NCBI GenBank assembly: GCA_027031025.1
Contig: JALVEJ010000033.1
Coordinates: 1-43,638 of the forward strand
Source of the DNA: Flavobacteriales bacterium
GTDB lineage: Bacteria; Bacteroidota; Bacteroidia; Flavobacteriales; Flavobacteriaceae
Length of the DNA stretch: 43,638 nucleotides
Direction: 5' to 3'
Shown: one piece after another, positions 27,248 to 37,920 of the stretch
How the letters are laid out: each line of letters opens with the position of its first letter
Position numbering within the stretch: the stretch's first letter is position 1
The notes under the pieces: model-generated
What the model was told of the DNA's origin: nothing
What the model saw: only the letters and a program-made list of their open reading frames with translations
Databases searched by the model: none
Translations under genes and position numbers: made by a program

Positions 27248-30200
27248 TTAATTCAACCTAAAACGCAATTTCATTTTTTCCAACAATTCGACTAATTCCG
27301 GATAAACTTTAACACCGAGTCTGGTATCTAAAGGCATACTCAATTCCGGATCATGTGGATCGATAATATTGATGCGTAACTTTTGTTTTCCTTTAAATTT
27401 TTGCAAATGCTCATGTAAGACATCCACCAGTTTAGTGTCGACCATATTGGCAAAAAGGTTGATAGTTAAATCTTTCGGATTGTTTTCAAAAACTTCTGTC
27501 AACAACCCGACATTTAACACATTTACCCGGTATCGGTTATTATAATAATTGCGAGTTACTTTTAGCCGCACAATGACAAAAAGTTTAGGCACGAAATATT
27601 TAGCATTTTCCAGATAATCTTCATTCCAGAATTCCAAAGTGATGCTATCGGTATAGTCTTCAATGGTCAATTCGCCTTTTTGTTTCCCGTTTTTGGTTTC
27701 AAAATGTCTTGTGCCTGTAACCATTCCGGCAATCACAATCTCCCGTCCCAGCATTTGTTGGTATTTTTGAAATTCTAATTCTTTCTCGGCTTTTTCTTCT
27801 TCGCTTTCCAGCATTTCTTCTCCTTCTTGTTTATTTTCTTCTTTATCCCCCGATAAGGTTTGAAGCATTTTATTAACAAAACTAATGGGATGTTGGACAT
27901 AATACTTATACTGAATTTTTAGGGTGTCCAATGGATGCCCCGACAAGTAAATACCGGCTACTTCCTTTTCTTTTTCCAGTTTTTGCAATTCACTCCAAGG
28001 TTCGCAATCGGGGATTTCCGGTTCCGGAATTTGCACCTCTTCCGAATCGCCAAACAAGGAACCTTGCATTGATTCTTTATTTTTTTTGTAACGGTTTCCG
28101 AATTTTATGGCTTTTTCAATAAAATTAGTGCCGTCTTTTTCTTGAAAATATTGTGCCCTGTGTGTGCCTTCAAAGCAATCAAAGGCACCGGCTTTAACCA
28201 AATTTTCAATAGTCCGCTTGTTGACAGCCCGCAAATTAACCCGTTTGATAAAATCAAAAAATGTTTTGTAAGGACCGTTTGCTTTACGTTCTTCAATAAT
28301 GGCATCAACTGCTGCTTTACCAACGCCGGATGCGCCACCTAAACCATACCGGATATTACCTTCTTTATTGACCGTATATAAATAATCCGATTCGTTAATG
28401 TCCGGAGGTAACACCTTGATGCCCATTTTACGGGTTTCAGCCATTAAAAAAGACAATTTTTTGGCATCTTTCATATTATGTGACAAAACCGCCGCCATAT
28501 ATTCCGACGGATAATTGGCTTTGAGATAGGCTGTTTGATACGCAACAATAGCATAACTGACCGCATGCGACCGGTTAAAAGCATACGAAGCAAAACTTTT
28601 CCAGTCTTCCCAAATTTTTTCCAAAACTTCCCTAGGGTGACCATTTTTTACAGCACCTTCAATAAACAAAGGTTTCATTTGTGCCAACAATTCGTGATTC
28701 TTTTTACCCATAGCTTTTCGCAAGGTATCGGCTTGTCCTTTGGTAAAGCCGGCTAATTTTTGCGACAATAACATGACTTGCTCTTGATAAATAGTGATAC
28801 CATAAGTGGTTTTTAAAAATTCTTCCATTTCGGGCAAATCGTAAGTGACCGGTTCTTGCCCGTATTTCCGGCGGATATAATTGGGAATTTTTTCCATAGG
28901 TCCCGGACGGTAGAGTGCCACCATAGCTATTAAATCTTCAAATTCTGAAGGGCGTAAATCTCTTAAATATTTTCGCATACCGTCCGATTCAAATTGGAAA
29001 ACCGTAATGGTTTGCCCACGTTGAAACAACCGGTAAGTTTTTTCGTCGTCAAGTGGAATATTGTCTATATCTATTTCAATTCCGCTACGTTGTTTAATGA
29101 TGCGCAAAGCATCTCTAATAATGGTCAGGGTTTTAATTCCCAAAAAGTCCATTTTTAACAAACCGGCTGATTCGACCACTGAGTTGTCAAACTGCGTAAC
29201 AAACATGTCGGAACCTTTGGCGGTGGTTACCGGAACCACTTCATCTAAAGCTGTTGGTGCTATGATAAAACCACAAGCATGTAAACCCAAATTTCGTAAA
29301 GACCCTTCAATACGTCCGGCTGTTTTAACGGTTTGTGCTGCTTGGTCAAAGCCTTGCGCGATTTCCGATAAGCTTAATGCGTCTTTTATCAATTCCGGTC
29401 GTTTGGCTTTTTCTTTAATTTTTTCTTCATCTTTGTTAAGTATCAACGATAAAGAAACATGGGCTTTTTTAGCCAAATCATCAGCCTGATTTAAAGGCAA
29501 CTCCATGACACGTGCCGCATCGCGTATCGATGATTTGGCTGCCATGGAACCGTAAGTGATAATCTGAGCCACCCGTTCGCGTCCGTATTTATTGATGACA
29601 TATTCGATGACACGCTCTCGTCCTTCATCATCAAAATCCATATCAATATCGGGCAATGATACCCGTTCCGGATTGAGAAATCGCTCAAAGAGTAAATTGT
29701 ATTTTATCGGGTCGACATTGGTGATACCTAATGCATAAGCTACCGCTGAACCGGCTGCCGAACCCCTCCCGGGACCGCAAACTACGCCCATTTTTTTAGC
29801 TTGCTTGATGATATCTTGCACAATTAAAAAATAACCCGGGTAACCGGTTTTTTCAATCGTATCGAGTTCAAACTCCAAACGTTCTTTGATTTCAGGAGTC
29901 AGTTCACCCCAGCGTTTTTTGGCGCCTTCAAATGTCAAGTAGCGCAAATAGGCATTTTCACCTCTTTTTCCGCCGTCTACTTCGTCCAATGGGTCGATAA
30001 ATTCTTCGGGAATGTCAAATTTTGGCAACAAAACATCCCGTTTTAACGGATAGTTTTCAACTTTATCGACAATTTCCTGTGTATTAATGATGGCTTCCGG
30101 AATATCATGAAACAATTCTTTCATTTGCTCCGGCGACTTAAAATAGTATTCATTATTGGGTAAGCCGTAACGGAAACCGCGTCCCCGTCCTATAGGCGTC

Positions 30201-31660
30201 GATTTTTTTTCATTGTCACGAATACAAAGCAAAACATCTTGCGCATCGGCATCGGATTGTTCAATATAATAAGTATTATTGGTAGCGACGACTTTGATGC
30301 CGTATTTTTCAGAAAATTTTAAAAGCACTTCATTGACGTGTTCTTCTTCTTCCAAACCATGCCGGTTCAATTCGAGGTAATAATCATTGCCAAAGATTTT
30401 ATGCCACCATTGCAAAGCTTCCTCGGCTTGCTTGTCGCCCATGGTAAGGATTTTTTGAGCAATTTCACCTGAAAGAGACCCGCTTAAAACAATAAGCCCG
30501 TCTTTATATTTTTCTACCCAATCGCGCCCGATACGCGGCACATAATAAAACCCCTCGGTATGTGCTATTGATGTAAGTTTGACTAAATGTTGATAAGCTT
30601 GTTTGTTTTTGGCAATAAAAACCGTTGGGTACCCATTGTCTTTCTTGGTTTTGTCGGTATGGTCATCTACCACATTGAGTTCTACACCAACCAAAGCTTT
30701 AAGTTGGTCTTGTGGGGCTTTATCTTTATTATATTTTTCAACGGCTGACACAAAATGAAAAGCGCCCATTAAATTATTAATATCGGTTATGGCGACTCCG
30801 GGCATTTTGTATTCTCCGGCTTTTTGTACCAATTCTTGAATTTTGGTTGTAGATTGTAGCACCGAATACTGGGAATGATTGTGTAAGTGTGAGAAACTGA
30901 CATCAGTTAAAGAAACTTTTTTGGTTTCCGAAGTTTTTTTCTCTGTTTTTTTAACTTTTTGCTTTAATTGAGCGCTTTTTTTCTTAAAACTCTCGTGTTT
31001 TAAGCCGATTAGTTGAATAGTATCCGGATTTTCTTTTCTAAATTTTTCAAGATAATTCTTATCAGTTTCCAATTCTTCCGCTGTAAAATGATCTTTTCGC
31101 AACAGTTCAAAAAACACGCGGGCTGTGGCTTCCACATCAGCCGTAGCATTATGTGCCTCAACAAAATCGACCCCAAACAAATGACGATACAATTCGCCTA
31201 AACGTGGCATTTTGAATTTACCGTTTTTGCCACCTGGCAACTGACATAAGGCGGCTGTTCTTTCGGTCATGGTATCCAAAACTTTCTTTTTGAGCAAAGT
31301 TGTTGGAATATTTTTGCGGTAAAATTCTGCCCCGGTTACTTTTCTGTCAAATTCGATATTGTGTCCGACTACAAATTTGGCTTTTTCCAAAGCTTGGTTA
31401 AACCGGTTTAAGACATCTTGCAAATCATGTCCCTCAGTCATTGCCAATTCGGTAGAAATACCGTGAATTTGTTCGGCTTCAAAAGGAACATTAAAACCTT
31501 CGGGTTTAATCAAAAAATCTTGTTGTTCAATTAATTGCCCCATGTCGTCGTGCAATTGCCAAGCTATTTGAATCACACGAGGCCAATTGTCAGTCTTGCT
31601 AACCGGCGCATTGAAGTCTTTGGGGAGTCCGGTGGTTTCGGTGTCGAAAATTAGATACAT
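27248..31660 (-). CDS. dnaE: DNA polymerase III alpha subunit with fused N-terminal DEDDh (epsilon-like) 3'-5' exonuclease domain
   Basis: 1470 aa. Exo motifs: FDTETTG, VGHNIEFD, HNATADVEAT. PHP: FSHLHNHSQYS. Polymerase core: GPGRGSAAGSAVAY, LLKMDFLGIKTL, FNRSHAVSYA. Confidence 0.92.
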   Translation of the reverse strand: MYLIFDTETTGLPKDFNAPVSKTDNWPRVIQIAWQLHDDMGQLIEQQDFLIKPEGFNVPFEAEQIHGISTELAMTEGHDLQDVLNRFNQALEKAKFVVGHNIEFDRKVTGAEFYRKNIPTTLLKKKVLDTMTERTAALCQLPGGKNGKFKMPRLGELYRHLFGVDFVEAHNATADVEATARVFFELLRKDHFTAEELETDKNYLEKFRKENPDTIQLIGLKHESFKKKSAQLKQKVKKTEKKTSETKKVSLTDVSFSHLHNHSQYSVLQSTTKIQELVQKAGEYKMPGVAITDINNLMGAFHFVSAVEKYNKDKAPQDQLKALVGVELNVVDDHTDKTKKDNGYPTVFIAKNKQAYQHLVKLTSIAHTEGFYYVPRIGRDWVEKYKDGLIVLSGSLSGEIAQKILTMGDKQAEEALQWWHKIFGNDYYLELNRHGLEEEEHVNEVLLKFSEKYGIKVVATNNTYYIEQSDADAQDVLLCIRDNEKKSTPIGRGRGFRYGLPNNEYYFKSPEQMKELFHDIPEAIINTQEIVDKVENYPLKRDVLLPKFDIPEEFIDPLDEVDGGKRGENAYLRYLTFEGAKKRWGELTPEIKERLEFELDTIEKTGYPGYFLIVQDIIKQAKKMGVVCGPGRGSAAGSAVAYALGITNVDPIKYNLLFERFLNPERVSLPDIDMDFDDEGRERVIEYVINKYGRERVAQIITYGSMAAKSSIRDAARVMELPLNQADDLAKKAHVSLSLILNKDEEKIKEKAKRPELIKDALSLSEIAQGFDQAAQTVKTAGRIEGSLRNLGLHACGFIIAPTALDEVVPVTTAKGSDMFVTQFDNSVVESAGLLKMDFLGIKTLTIIRDALRIIKQRSGIEIDIDNIPLDDEKTYRLFQRGQTITVFQFESDGMRKYLRDLRPSEFEDLIAMVALYRPGPMEKIPNYIRRKYGQEPVTYDLPEMEEFLKTTYGITIYQEQVMLLSQKLAGFTKGQADTLRKAMGKKNHELLAQMKPLFIEGAVKNGHPREVLEKIWEDWKSFASYAFNRSHAVSYAIVAYQTAYLKANYPSEYMAAVLSHNMKDAKKLSFLMAETRKMGIKVLPPDINESDYLYTVNKEGNIRYGLGGASGVGKAAVDAIIEERKANGPYKTFFDFIKRVNLRAVNKRTIENLVKAGAFDCFEGTHRAQYFQEKDGTNFIEKAIKFGNRYKKNKESMQGSLFGDSEEVQIPEPEIPDCEPWSELQKLEKEKEVAGIYLSGHPLDTLKIQYKYYVQHPISFVNKMLQTLSGDKEENKQEGEEMLESEEEKAEKELEFQKYQQMLGREIVIAGMVTGTRHFETKNGKQKGELTIEDYTDSITLEFWNEDYLENAKYFVPKLFVIVRLKVTRNYYNNRYRVNVLNVGLLTEVFENNPKDLTINLFANMVDTKLVDVLHEHLQKFKGKQKLRINIIDPHDPELSMPLDTRLGVKVYPELVELLEKMKLRFRLN

Positions 31661-31770
31661 AGGAAGGGAATTTTAGGTTAATGGAAGTGTTTTCGCTACA
31701 AAATTATAAAATAAACACTTGTTTTTAAAAAATAGTTATTAACATCTGGTTTTATTGACGAAAAACATAA

Positions 31771-31797
31771 AAAAAGGAAGCCGTTAAGCTTCCTTTC
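31771..31797 (-). terminator. infB intrinsic terminator
   Basis: The minus strand reads AAAGGAAGC-TTAACG-GCTTCCTTT followed by TTTTATG. Confidence 0.7.
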
Positions 31798-31839
31798 TTG
31801 TTTGTTTATTGTGTGTGTGTTTGAGTTAAGTTTGGTCTA

Positions 31840-34575
31840 TTACAATTTTCTTTTAACTTCGTAACTTTGATAGGCTTCAACGACATCTCCAACCTCAATA
31901 TTATTGTAATTTTTAATCATCAACCCGCATTCATAGCCTTTGGATACTTCTTTAACATCATCTTTAAAGCGTTTTAATGAAGCCAATTCGCCATCATAAA
32001 TGACGATACCTTCACGGATTAGTCTAACTTTAGAATGGTTATAAATTTTACCTGATGTTACCATACAACCGGCAACCGTTCCGATCTTGGAAATTTTGAA
32101 AGTTTCACGGACTTCTGCCGTTCCGGTAACTTCTTCTTTGATTTCCGGCGACAACATACCTTCCATTGCTTCTTTAACATCGTTAATCACATCGTAAATA
32201 ATGGAATAGGTTTTGATTTGAACTTGTTCTTGTTCTGCCAACCGGCGGGCTGAGGCAGAAGGTCGCACATTAAATCCGATAATAATGGCATCGGATGCAG
32301 ACGCTAAATTGACATCGGTATCGGAAATTTGTCCAACTGCTTTATGAATAATATTAACATTGACATTTTCGGTGGATAATTTTTGTAAAGAATCTGACAA
32401 GGCTTCAACAGAACCATCCACATCTCCTTTGATTATCAAGTTGAGTTCTTTAAAATCGCCTAAGGCAATCCGACGCCCAATTTCATCCAAAGTAATGTGT
32501 TTTTGGGCGCGCAATTGTTGTTCTCTGATAATTTGGTCGCGTTTTTGGGCAATTCGTTTGGCTTCTCTTTCATCTTGATAAACTTTGAATCGGTCGCCGG
32601 CTGTCGGTGCGCCGTCTAAACCGAGCACTCGCACCGGTGTAGAAGGTTCGGCTGCTTTGACACGATTGTCGCGCTCGTCATACATAGCTTTAACCTTGCC
32701 GTGGTATTTTCCGGCTAAAACATAATCACCGACTTTAAGTGTGCCGTTTTGCACTAACATATCGGCTACATAGCCACGTCCTTTGTCGAGCGCAGCTTCT
32801 AAAACCGTACCGACAGCCGGTCTGTTAGGATTGGCTTTCAGGTCGAGCATTTCGGCTTCTAAGACTATTTTTTCTAACAATTCATCAACCCCTTGACCGG
32901 TTTTGGCCGAAATTTCTTGAGATTGATATTTTCCGCCCCAATCTTCGACCAATAGGTTCATATTTGCCAATTGTTGTTTGATATTGTCGGGGTTGGCAGC
33001 CGGACGGTCAATTTTATTAATGGCAAAAATCATAGGGACACCGGCAGCTTGAGCATGACTGATGGCCTCTTTTGTTTGAGGCATTATATTGTCGTCAGCA
33101 GCTATCACAATAACCGCCACATCGGTTACTTTGGTTCCGCGTGCCCGCATAGCGGTAAAGGCCTCGTGTCCGGGTGTATCAATAAAGGTGAGTTTTTCGC
33201 CGTTATCCAATTCAACTTTGTAGGCACCAATATGTTGGGTAATACCGCCTGATTCTCCGGCAACCACATTGGATTTTCTGATATAATCCAATAACGAGGT
33301 TTTTCCGTGATCGACGTGTCCCATGATGGTTACAATAGGTGGTCGTTTAACCAAATCTTCTTCGGCGTCTTCTTGTTCAGTATCTTCCAGCTCTTCTTCG
33401 GCATCGATAAATTTGACGTCATAATTGAATTCATCGGCAACCAAACTCAATGTTTCTGCATCGAGGCGTTGGTTCATGGTAACCATGAGTCCTAAATTAA
33501 AGCAAGCCGTAATGACATCGGTTACCGGGACGTCCATCATATTTGCCAATTCGGATACCGTGATAAACTCGGTTACTTTGAGTATTCTGCTTTCTTCATC
33601 TTGTTTGAGCTGATCGGCAAGGGCTTGTTCTTTGCGTTTTTGACGAACTTCACGTTTGATTTTAGAGCGTTTACTTTTGCCGCGCCCTTGCAATCGTTCA
33701 AGGGTTTCTTTTATTTGTTTTTGGATTTCTTCTTCGGTTATTTCTTTTTTCTCAGCCGGTTTTTTATAACCGCCTTTTTTTGATTTCTGGTCTTTTTGGA
33801 AACCTTGATTTTTAGCAGATGCCGAAATACGTTTACGTTTACGCTTGCGTTTTTTCTTTTCTTCGGTCGCACCGGTTTCTTTTTTCTTAGGTTTTTTTTC
33901 AAACTGACTAAGGTCAATTTTCTCACCGGTAGTTTTAATGCCTTGCAGTTTTTGATATTTGGTTGTTATTTCTTCCGGTTCTTTATTTTCTTTATCAATA
34001 GCCTCAGCCTGTTTTTCTTGAACTTGTTCCGGTTCTTTCGTTTGGGTTGTGGCTTTGGGAATCTTTTTGGTTTCCGGTTTTTTAGGCGTTTTTTCCGCAG
34101 CTTTTTTCTGTAGACTTGTGTCTTGATTTTTTTCTTCTTTTTCGGGATGTGCCGGTTCAACTGCTTCTTTGTTTTCCGGTTGTGCAAGTGGTTGTTCTGT
34201 TTCTACGGATTTAGTTGTTGAAGTGGATTTTTTATCACTCAATGCTTCGACTTTTCCGACAATTTTAGGGCCGGTTAACTTGACCCTTCCGGTAATAACT
34301 TCTTCTTTTTGTTGCGTTACCGTTTCTTCCTTCTCTTTCTCTTTGCGCAATTCGGCTTTGGCTTCTTCTTGTTCTTTTTTGATAGATGCCGATTGATCTT
34401 TGACATTTTTGTCAGACTGAAATTCTTGTTGTAATAAATTGTAAGCTTCTTCTGAAATTTTGGCACGTGGACTCGGCCGTTTTATCTCGATTTCTTTTTT
34501 TTGTAAAAAATCGATAACGGTTTGGAGTCCAACATTAAACTCAAGCATTACCTCTCTTATGGTTTTATTTGCCAT
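31840..34575 (-). CDS. infB: translation initiation factor IF-2
   Basis: 911 aa. G domain: [24 protein letters not shown]. Long K/E-rich N-terminal region. It lies downstream of nusA. Confidence 0.95.
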   Translation of the reverse strand: MANKTIREVMLEFNVGLQTVIDFLQKKEIEIKRPSPRAKISEEAYNLLQQEFQSDKNVKDQSASIKKEQEEAKAELRKEKEKEETVTQQKEEVITGRVKLTGPKIVGKVEALSDKKSTSTTKSVETEQPLAQPENKEAVEPAHPEKEEKNQDTSLQKKAAEKTPKKPETKKIPKATTQTKEPEQVQEKQAEAIDKENKEPEEITTKYQKLQGIKTTGEKIDLSQFEKKPKKKETGATEEKKKRKRKRKRISASAKNQGFQKDQKSKKGGYKKPAEKKEITEEEIQKQIKETLERLQGRGKSKRSKIKREVRQKRKEQALADQLKQDEESRILKVTEFITVSELANMMDVPVTDVITACFNLGLMVTMNQRLDAETLSLVADEFNYDVKFIDAEEELEDTEQEDAEEDLVKRPPIVTIMGHVDHGKTSLLDYIRKSNVVAGESGGITQHIGAYKVELDNGEKLTFIDTPGHEAFTAMRARGTKVTDVAVIVIAADDNIMPQTKEAISHAQAAGVPMIFAINKIDRPAANPDNIKQQLANMNLLVEDWGGKYQSQEISAKTGQGVDELLEKIVLEAEMLDLKANPNRPAVGTVLEAALDKGRGYVADMLVQNGTLKVGDYVLAGKYHGKVKAMYDERDNRVKAAEPSTPVRVLGLDGAPTAGDRFKVYQDEREAKRIAQKRDQIIREQQLRAQKHITLDEIGRRIALGDFKELNLIIKGDVDGSVEALSDSLQKLSTENVNVNIIHKAVGQISDTDVNLASASDAIIIGFNVRPSASARRLAEQEQVQIKTYSIIYDVINDVKEAMEGMLSPEIKEEVTGTAEVRETFKISKIGTVAGCMVTSGKIYNHSKVRLIREGIVIYDGELASLKRFKDDVKEVSKGYECGLMIKNYNNIEVGDVVEAYQSYEVKRKL

Positions 34576-34626
34576 ATATTCTTTTATTAGTTTTTATATC
34601 TGTTTTTTTGAAAAAGAAAAAGCCAT

Positions 34627-35904
34627 TTATTTTTTAAACTCTTCTTTTAAAATTCTAAATACTTCATAAATGGTTTCTTCTTCCAAATCGGTGCGTCTTA
34701 CCAAATCATCGACATCATTGGCTAAAATGCTTTTGGCAGAATCCAGACCGATTTTTTTAAATTCTTGGATTACCCAATCATCAATTTCATCGGCAAATTC
34801 GTCTAAATCAACATCTTCTTCGTCTTGTTCTCGTTGTATTTCTATTTCGTATCCGGTGATATCGCTTGCCAAACGGATATTCTGTCCGCGTTTGCCGATG
34901 GCTTTTGATATTTCATCGGGTTTCATATAAACATAAGCGGTTTTTTGTCCTTTGGCATTTTCACCCAGTTCCAAACGTTGTATTTGCACCGGTCCTAAGG
35001 CACGTTGGATAAACAATTTATCGTTATCGGTATAATTGATTACATCGATATTTTCATTGCCCAATTCGCGCACAATACCATGAATTCGGGAGCCTCTAAC
35101 GCCCACGCAAGCGCCTACGGGATCAATGCGGTCGTCATAAGTATCGACGGCGACTTTGGCTTTTTCGCCGGGGATACGTGCAATGCGTTTGACCGTAATC
35201 AAGCCGTCGAATACTTCCGGTATTTCTTGTTCAAACAATTTTTCTAAGAATCGGTTATCGGTTCTAGACATAATAACAACCGGCTTGTTGCCTTTCATCT
35301 CGACCTTTTCTATAATACCTTTGACATTATCGCCTTTACGAAAACGGTCGGAAGGAATTTGCCGGTCACGCGGCAATATCAATTCGTTGCCTTCGTCGTC
35401 AATCAAATATACGGCATTGGGGCGCACATGATGCACTTCGGCGGTATAAAGTTCGCCTTCTCTGTCTTTAAAAAATTTATGTAAATTGATAAAATCATAC
35501 TCGGTTAAACGATTTTCAAGATTTTGTTTTAAGGCAATAATGGCGCGCCTTCCGAGATTGACTAATTGGAAAGGTTCGTCCAGTTCATCACCGACTTCAA
35601 CATCGGGGTCAATTTTTTTGGCATCGGACAAATGAATTTCTTGGTATTCATTAATCGGATATTTGTCATCCGGCACGACGGTTCGGTATATCCAAATATC
35701 CAAATCGCCCCGGTCGGGGTTGATGATGATATCAAAATTATCTTCATCGGGCTCACTACCGTCACGTTTCTTTTTAATAATACCGTTTCTTTTACGCAAA
35801 GCATGTGCAATGACATCTTTTAGAATAGCCAATATAGTGGCTTTATCGATATTTTTTTCGTCTTTAAATTCCAGAAAGGCTTCAACCAATTCTTTGTTAT
35901 TCAT
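34627..35904 (-). CDS. nusA: transcription termination/antitermination factor NusA
   Basis: 425 aa. S1 domain (GDNVKGIIEKVE) and KH domains (DPVGACVGVRGSRI, AIGKRGQNIRLAS). Conserved rimP-nusA-infB order. Confidence 0.95.
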   Translation of the reverse strand: MNNKELVEAFLEFKDEKNIDKATILAILKDVIAHALRKRNGIIKKKRDGSEPDEDNFDIIINPDRGDLDIWIYRTVVPDDKYPINEYQEIHLSDAKKIDPDVEVGDELDEPFQLVNLGRRAIIALKQNLENRLTEYDFINLHKFFKDREGELYTAEVHHVRPNAVYLIDDEGNELILPRDRQIPSDRFRKGDNVKGIIEKVEMKGNKPVVIMSRTDNRFLEKLFEQEIPEVFDGLITVKRIARIPGEKAKVAVDTYDDRIDPVGACVGVRGSRIHGIVRELGNENIDVINYTDNDKLFIQRALGPVQIQRLELGENAKGQKTAYVYMKPDEISKAIGKRGQNIRLASDITGYEIEIQREQDEEDVDLDEFADEIDDWVIQEFKKIGLDSAKSILANDVDDLVRRTDLEEETIYEVFRILKEEFKK

Positions 35905-35921
35905 AACTCCTTATTATTTTT

Positions 35922-36386
35922 TTAAAATTTTAAGACCACTTTTGCTTCTTTTATGTCGTCAAAAGGGATAGTATTTTGTTTGACCACCGTTACTTTTCCT
36001 TTTCCTATTTTTTTAGGTTCTCTTACTTTGTTTTCCAACACAATTTGATTGTCATCTACATGAACCAAAACCCCTTCCACTTCTCCTGTTGTGGTTTTAA
36101 CTTTAACCGGGCGGCTTATGTTTTTTTGAAATTGCCGTTTCAGATGAAATGGTTTGGTAATATCAACAGATGACACAGTCAATGCAAAGTCTTCGGCTTC
36201 ACGATCCAAATTGTGTTCAATATGACGACTCAAATGGACGATATCGTCAATTGTTACGCCTTGGTCTCCGTCGATAATTACGTTTATGTTATTGTTTTCC
36301 GAGACTTTTACATCCAATAGAAACAAATCCGGACGTTCTTGTAATCCTGATTTTAATAATTTTTTAACTTTTTCTATCAAGCTCAT
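35922..36386 (-). CDS. rimP: ribosome maturation factor RimP
   Basis: 154 aa, immediately upstream of nusA. The pattern LFLLDVKV...INVIIDGDQGVTIDD fits RimP. Confidence 0.85.
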   Translation of the reverse strand: MSLIEKVKKLLKSGLQERPDLFLLDVKVSENNNINVIIDGDQGVTIDDIVHLSRHIEHNLDREAEDFALTVSSVDITKPFHLKRQFQKNISRPVKVKTTTGEVEGVLVHVDDNQIVLENKVREPKKIGKGKVTVVKQNTIPFDDIKEAKVVLKF

Positions 36387-36408
36387 GTTGATTTTTTGTA
36401 TAAAAATA

Positions 36409-36460
36409 GGGGACTACAAGTCCCCATACCACTCTTCTCCATAAATTCGTTGCAAAGATA
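36409..36460 (-). promoter_or_regulatory. rimP-nusA-infB promoter -7 box plus leader terminator-like hairpin
   Basis: Minus-strand TATCTTTG at 36460..36453. About 30 nt downstream is GGGGACU-UGU-AGUCCCC (36425..36409), followed by UAUUUUUAU, 22 nt before the rimP ATG. Confidence 0.5.
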
Positions 36461-36535
36461 CAATTTTTTTTTAAACTCATATCATTTCGTATATTAAAAA
36501 AATTTTGTATTTTTAGAACATAAAAAATAAATGTT

Positions 36536-37375
36536 ATGAAAAAAATACTCGTTCCGGTCGATTTTTCTCAAAAATCAGAAGAAGCTCTTAAAGTTGCTGC
36601 CAAAATAGCCCGAAAAATAGATGGTGAAATATATGTTTTACACCTCTTGGATATCCCTTCGGGTGAAGTGGATATGATTGACGGACACCAAGTTCCCAAA
36701 GGTCCTATGGCTATGATGTTGTTTGAAACTACCCATGAAAAGTTTGATGAGTTTCTAGATAAAGATTACTTGGATGACATTCCGGTTTATGAAAAAGTAA
36801 TGACCGATGCCCCGGTTGAAGGGATTTCTGAATTTGCACAAAAAAACGATATTGATTTTATAGTAATGGGCTCACACGGCACCAGTGGATTGGAAGAATT
36901 TTTTGTCGGTTCCAATACCGAAAAAGTGGTCAGAACGTCTAAAATTCCGGTTTTGGTCATCAAAAAACCTGCTGAAGAATTCAAAGTAGACAAAGTGGTC
37001 ATAGCCGGTAAGTTTTTGGGTAAAAATATGAAGGAGTTTAGAAAAATTATGGAATTTTTTAAAATTTTCAACCCCGAAATTTATTTGCTTAGAGTCAATA
37101 CTATTTCCAACTTCAAATCTACCAAAGAGCTGGAAGAAGTCTTTGATAATTTTTTAAAGAAAGTTCCTGAGTATACTGATTTAAAGCCGGTTATTTATGA
37201 TGACTACACGGTTCAAGAAGGTATTTTTAATTTTGCCGAGAAAATTAATGCCGATATTATTGCTTTGGCAACTCGCGGCAGACAAGGTATTATGCATTTT
37301 TTAACGGATAGTATTGCCGAAAATGTGGTAAACGCTGCTAAACGGAATATTTTGACTATCAAGGTTGAGAAATAG
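36536..37375 (+). CDS. universal stress protein, tandem UspA domains
   Basis: 279 aa. Two Usp modules: MKKILVPVDFS...IVMGSHGTSGLEEFFVGSNTEKVVRTSKIPVLVI, and a second ending ALATRGRQGIMHFLTDSIAENVV. Confidence 0.8.
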   Translation: MKKILVPVDFSQKSEEALKVAAKIARKIDGEIYVLHLLDIPSGEVDMIDGHQVPKGPMAMMLFETTHEKFDEFLDKDYLDDIPVYEKVMTDAPVEGISEFAQKNDIDFIVMGSHGTSGLEEFFVGSNTEKVVRTSKIPVLVIKKPAEEFKVDKVVIAGKFLGKNMKEFRKIMEFFKIFNPEIYLLRVNTISNFKSTKELEEVFDNFLKKVPEYTDLKPVIYDDYTVQEGIFNFAEKINADIIALATRGRQGIMHFLTDSIAENVVNAAKRNILTIKVEK

Positions 37376-37382
37376 ATTGTTT

Positions 37383-37700
37383 TTTTGAGGAATTGAGGAT
37401 TTTCCCTGCTTCATAGTTTATTTGTCACTTTTGATGATTGCTTATAGCTTCATACTATATTACTGCTTCTAATTTGAGGAAGTGAGGATTTTTTCGCTGC
37501 TTCATAGAAGGCTTTGCGCTTTGATGATTGCTTGTTGCTTCAAACAATGTTTCTGCTTACGATTTGAGGAATTGATGAAATGATGAAATGATGAGTTGAG
37601 GAAATGAGGATTATAACTGCTTCATAAATTGTTATGGTCTTTGATATTTTTTCACTACTTCTGATGTTACTTCTGCTTACAATTTGAGGAAGTGAGGAAT
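37383..37700 (+). repeat. tandem array, about 3.5 units of the ~90-bp TTTGAGGAAnTGAGGATT family
   Basis: TTTGAGGA occurs at 37383, 37472, 37562 and 37683 (periods 89, 90, 121; the long unit has an internal GATGAAAT duplication). Shared blocks: CTGCTTCATA, TTTGATGATTGCTT, GCTTCA, CTGCTT. Confidence 0.8.
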
Positions 37701-37709
37701 TGAAAAGTA

Positions 37710-37763
37710 GGTCGCTGAGTGTTCCGTCACGACAAAAGACGTAACGGAATGTGCCGAAGCGCC
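37710..37763 (+). repeat. hairpin-module repeat
   Basis: GG(T)CGC-TGAGTG-TTCCGTCACG-ACAAAAGA-CGTAACGGAA-TGTGCCGAA-GCGCC. Confidence 0.65.
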
Positions 37764-37920
37764 GGTTTTCAATTGCAAATTTTATTAAAAACAACTTTTT
37801 ACTCTCCATTACTTCTAAAATCGGCGTTCGTCACTTCGACAGGCTCAACACAAGTGTTCTATATTCGTCATTCAAGTTTTCAATATTTTGTTGTGTTTTT
37901 TAGTATAAAGCAGCCGGTTA

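Noticed and set aside
33601-34396. Cluster of alternative-frame and antisense ORFs inside infB (for example 33796..34113 and 33966..34187)
   Set aside because: They are by-products of the long K/E-rich, purine-biased N-terminal region of IF-2. Their translations are low-complexity K/R/F strings.
37383-37700. Regularly spaced repeats that could be mistaken for a CRISPR array (also at 24692..24890 and 15637..15832)
   Set aside because: The whole ~90-bp period is homologous between units, so there are no unique spacers. Units are diverged rather than identical. The period is too long, no cas genes are present, and the same unit recurs at several loci.
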